Virus record (IMG/VR): IMGVR_UViG_3300033067_002249
Span: 1-32,876 of that record
DNA: 32,876 nt
Origin: a virus
Taxonomy: Duplodnaviria; Caudoviricetes
Strand: one strand, 5' to 3'
The notes beneath the pieces are model-generated. The model searched no databases. It saw only the letters and a list, made by a program, of their open reading frames with translations, and had not been told where the DNA came from. The position numbers and the translations under genes are program-made. This document shows, in pieces, positions 32,198 to 32,876 of the stretch. Positions within the stretch are counted from its first letter, which is position 1. Each line of letters begins with the position of its first letter.

Positions 32198-32876
32198 CAA
32201 CACCAGTCGCACGAGTGCCAGAGAGCGGGGTGCTTCGCTCCCTGCAAGTCGGCCAGCCGGTGTCACGCGCGCACGGGATGCGTGCGGTCAACAATCTCTC
32301 GCACCTGCTCGCGTTCGCAGGTCCCCAGCCAGTGTTTCAGGACTACACGTACGTCAGCCCGACGACGCCGCCGTTTTCGTACGTCGTGAGTTACGTCCGC
32401 TCGCGCGGCGTGTTCGCTCTCCTGATTCAACTCGCTCTCTCTGGTGATTCCTCACGCTCGACCGCGAAGATTGCGATCACGGCCTCGAGCGGGACGATTG
32501 CGTGGCTTGACCAAGGCAAGCTCGACGGCACGCAGCCAATCCAGGCGCGAGACGTTGTTGCACCGTCGCAGGTCGACACAACGACCATGGCCGTGATGGA
32601 TGTCTCCGGCCTCCCGGTCGGCACCCCCGTGGAACTCACGTTCGCTTGTTCGTCACCCGTGAGCTGCTACGGGATCGACTGGCTTCGTGTGCAAGAGATC
32701 CCTCGCAGCGTGCTGTCACCCGAGCTTGATCCTTCAACAGAAGTCGGGCTCGACGGATCGTGGCCTGCACCTTGGAATCGGCTGTTGAGTGGCGATCCTG
32801 CAACGCAGGCGTTCGGTGTTCGGCGTTGGGTGCAGCAACTCAAGCGCGCGAAAAACGAGTTTCGACGGCACCTGCA
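32194..32876 (+). CDS. Putative minor tail protein, runs off the window end
   Basis: GTG coupled to the upstream stop; GGGAG RBS; frame open to the end (MTTPVARVPESGVLRSLQVGQPVSRAHGMRAVNNLSHLL...). Confidence 0.7.
   Translation, partial: MTTPVARVPESGVLRSLQVGQPVSRAHGMRAVNNLSHLLAFAGPQPVFQDYTYVSPTTPPFSYVVSYVRSRGVFALLIQLALSGDSSRSTAKIAITASSGTIAWLDQGKLDGTQPIQARDVVAPSQVDTTTMAVMDVSGLPVGTPVELTFACSSPVSCYGIDWLRVQEIPRSVLSPELDPSTEVGLDGSWPAPWNRLLSGDPATQAFGVRRWVQQLKRAKNEFRRHL

Larger units (their letters stand above)
183..32876. mobile_element. Temperate-type siphovirus genome or prophage; right end not in window, left boundary uncertain
   Basis: Lambdoid gene order: int/xis, leftward early operon, repressor/cro switch, replication, packaging, head, tail. 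Many ATGA/GTGA gene overlaps. No sheath gene. Confidence 0.95.

Noticed and set aside
1-32876. Many long overlapping or antisense ORFs in the six-frame track (e.g. 8441-9532, 16339-17244, 24038-24955)
   Set aside because: Shadow frames of GC-rich genes: Arg/Ser-rich, no RBS, no motifs, and they conflict with the coupled operon structure.
28295-32876. Diversity-generating retroelement or invertible tail-fibre cassette
   Set aside because: No reverse transcriptase, invertase or template/variable repeat pair seen in the window.

Overview
A GC-rich temperate-type tailed phage or prophage (siphovirus architecture) fills essentially the whole window. No host housekeeping genes, tRNAs or CRISPR arrays are visible. 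Left arm (minus strand, ~1-5100): a 53-aa N-terminal integrase fragment, an excisionase-like HTH gene, a relic of a C5-cytosine methyltransferase, a small ribbon-helix-helix gene, a half MazG-like gene, a sliding-clamp-like gene and several small hypothetical genes. Immunity region (5126-6462): an ImmA/IrrE-like HExxH protease and an XRE repressor, bracketed by two outward-facing promoters identical over 37 bp, then a Cro-like gene. Right arm (plus strand): two methyltransferases, a replication initiator with internal iterons, DnaB helicase, RecU-like resolvase, a zinc-finger repeat protein, an apparent TerS-TerL fusion terminase, portal, scaffold, major capsid, neck genes, tail tube, frameshifted tail chaperone, tape measure and tail-tip genes, with an antisense lipoprotein gene inserted among the tail genes. 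The window ends inside a tail gene and shows no lysis cassette. All product calls come from motif recognition by eye, with no database searches.
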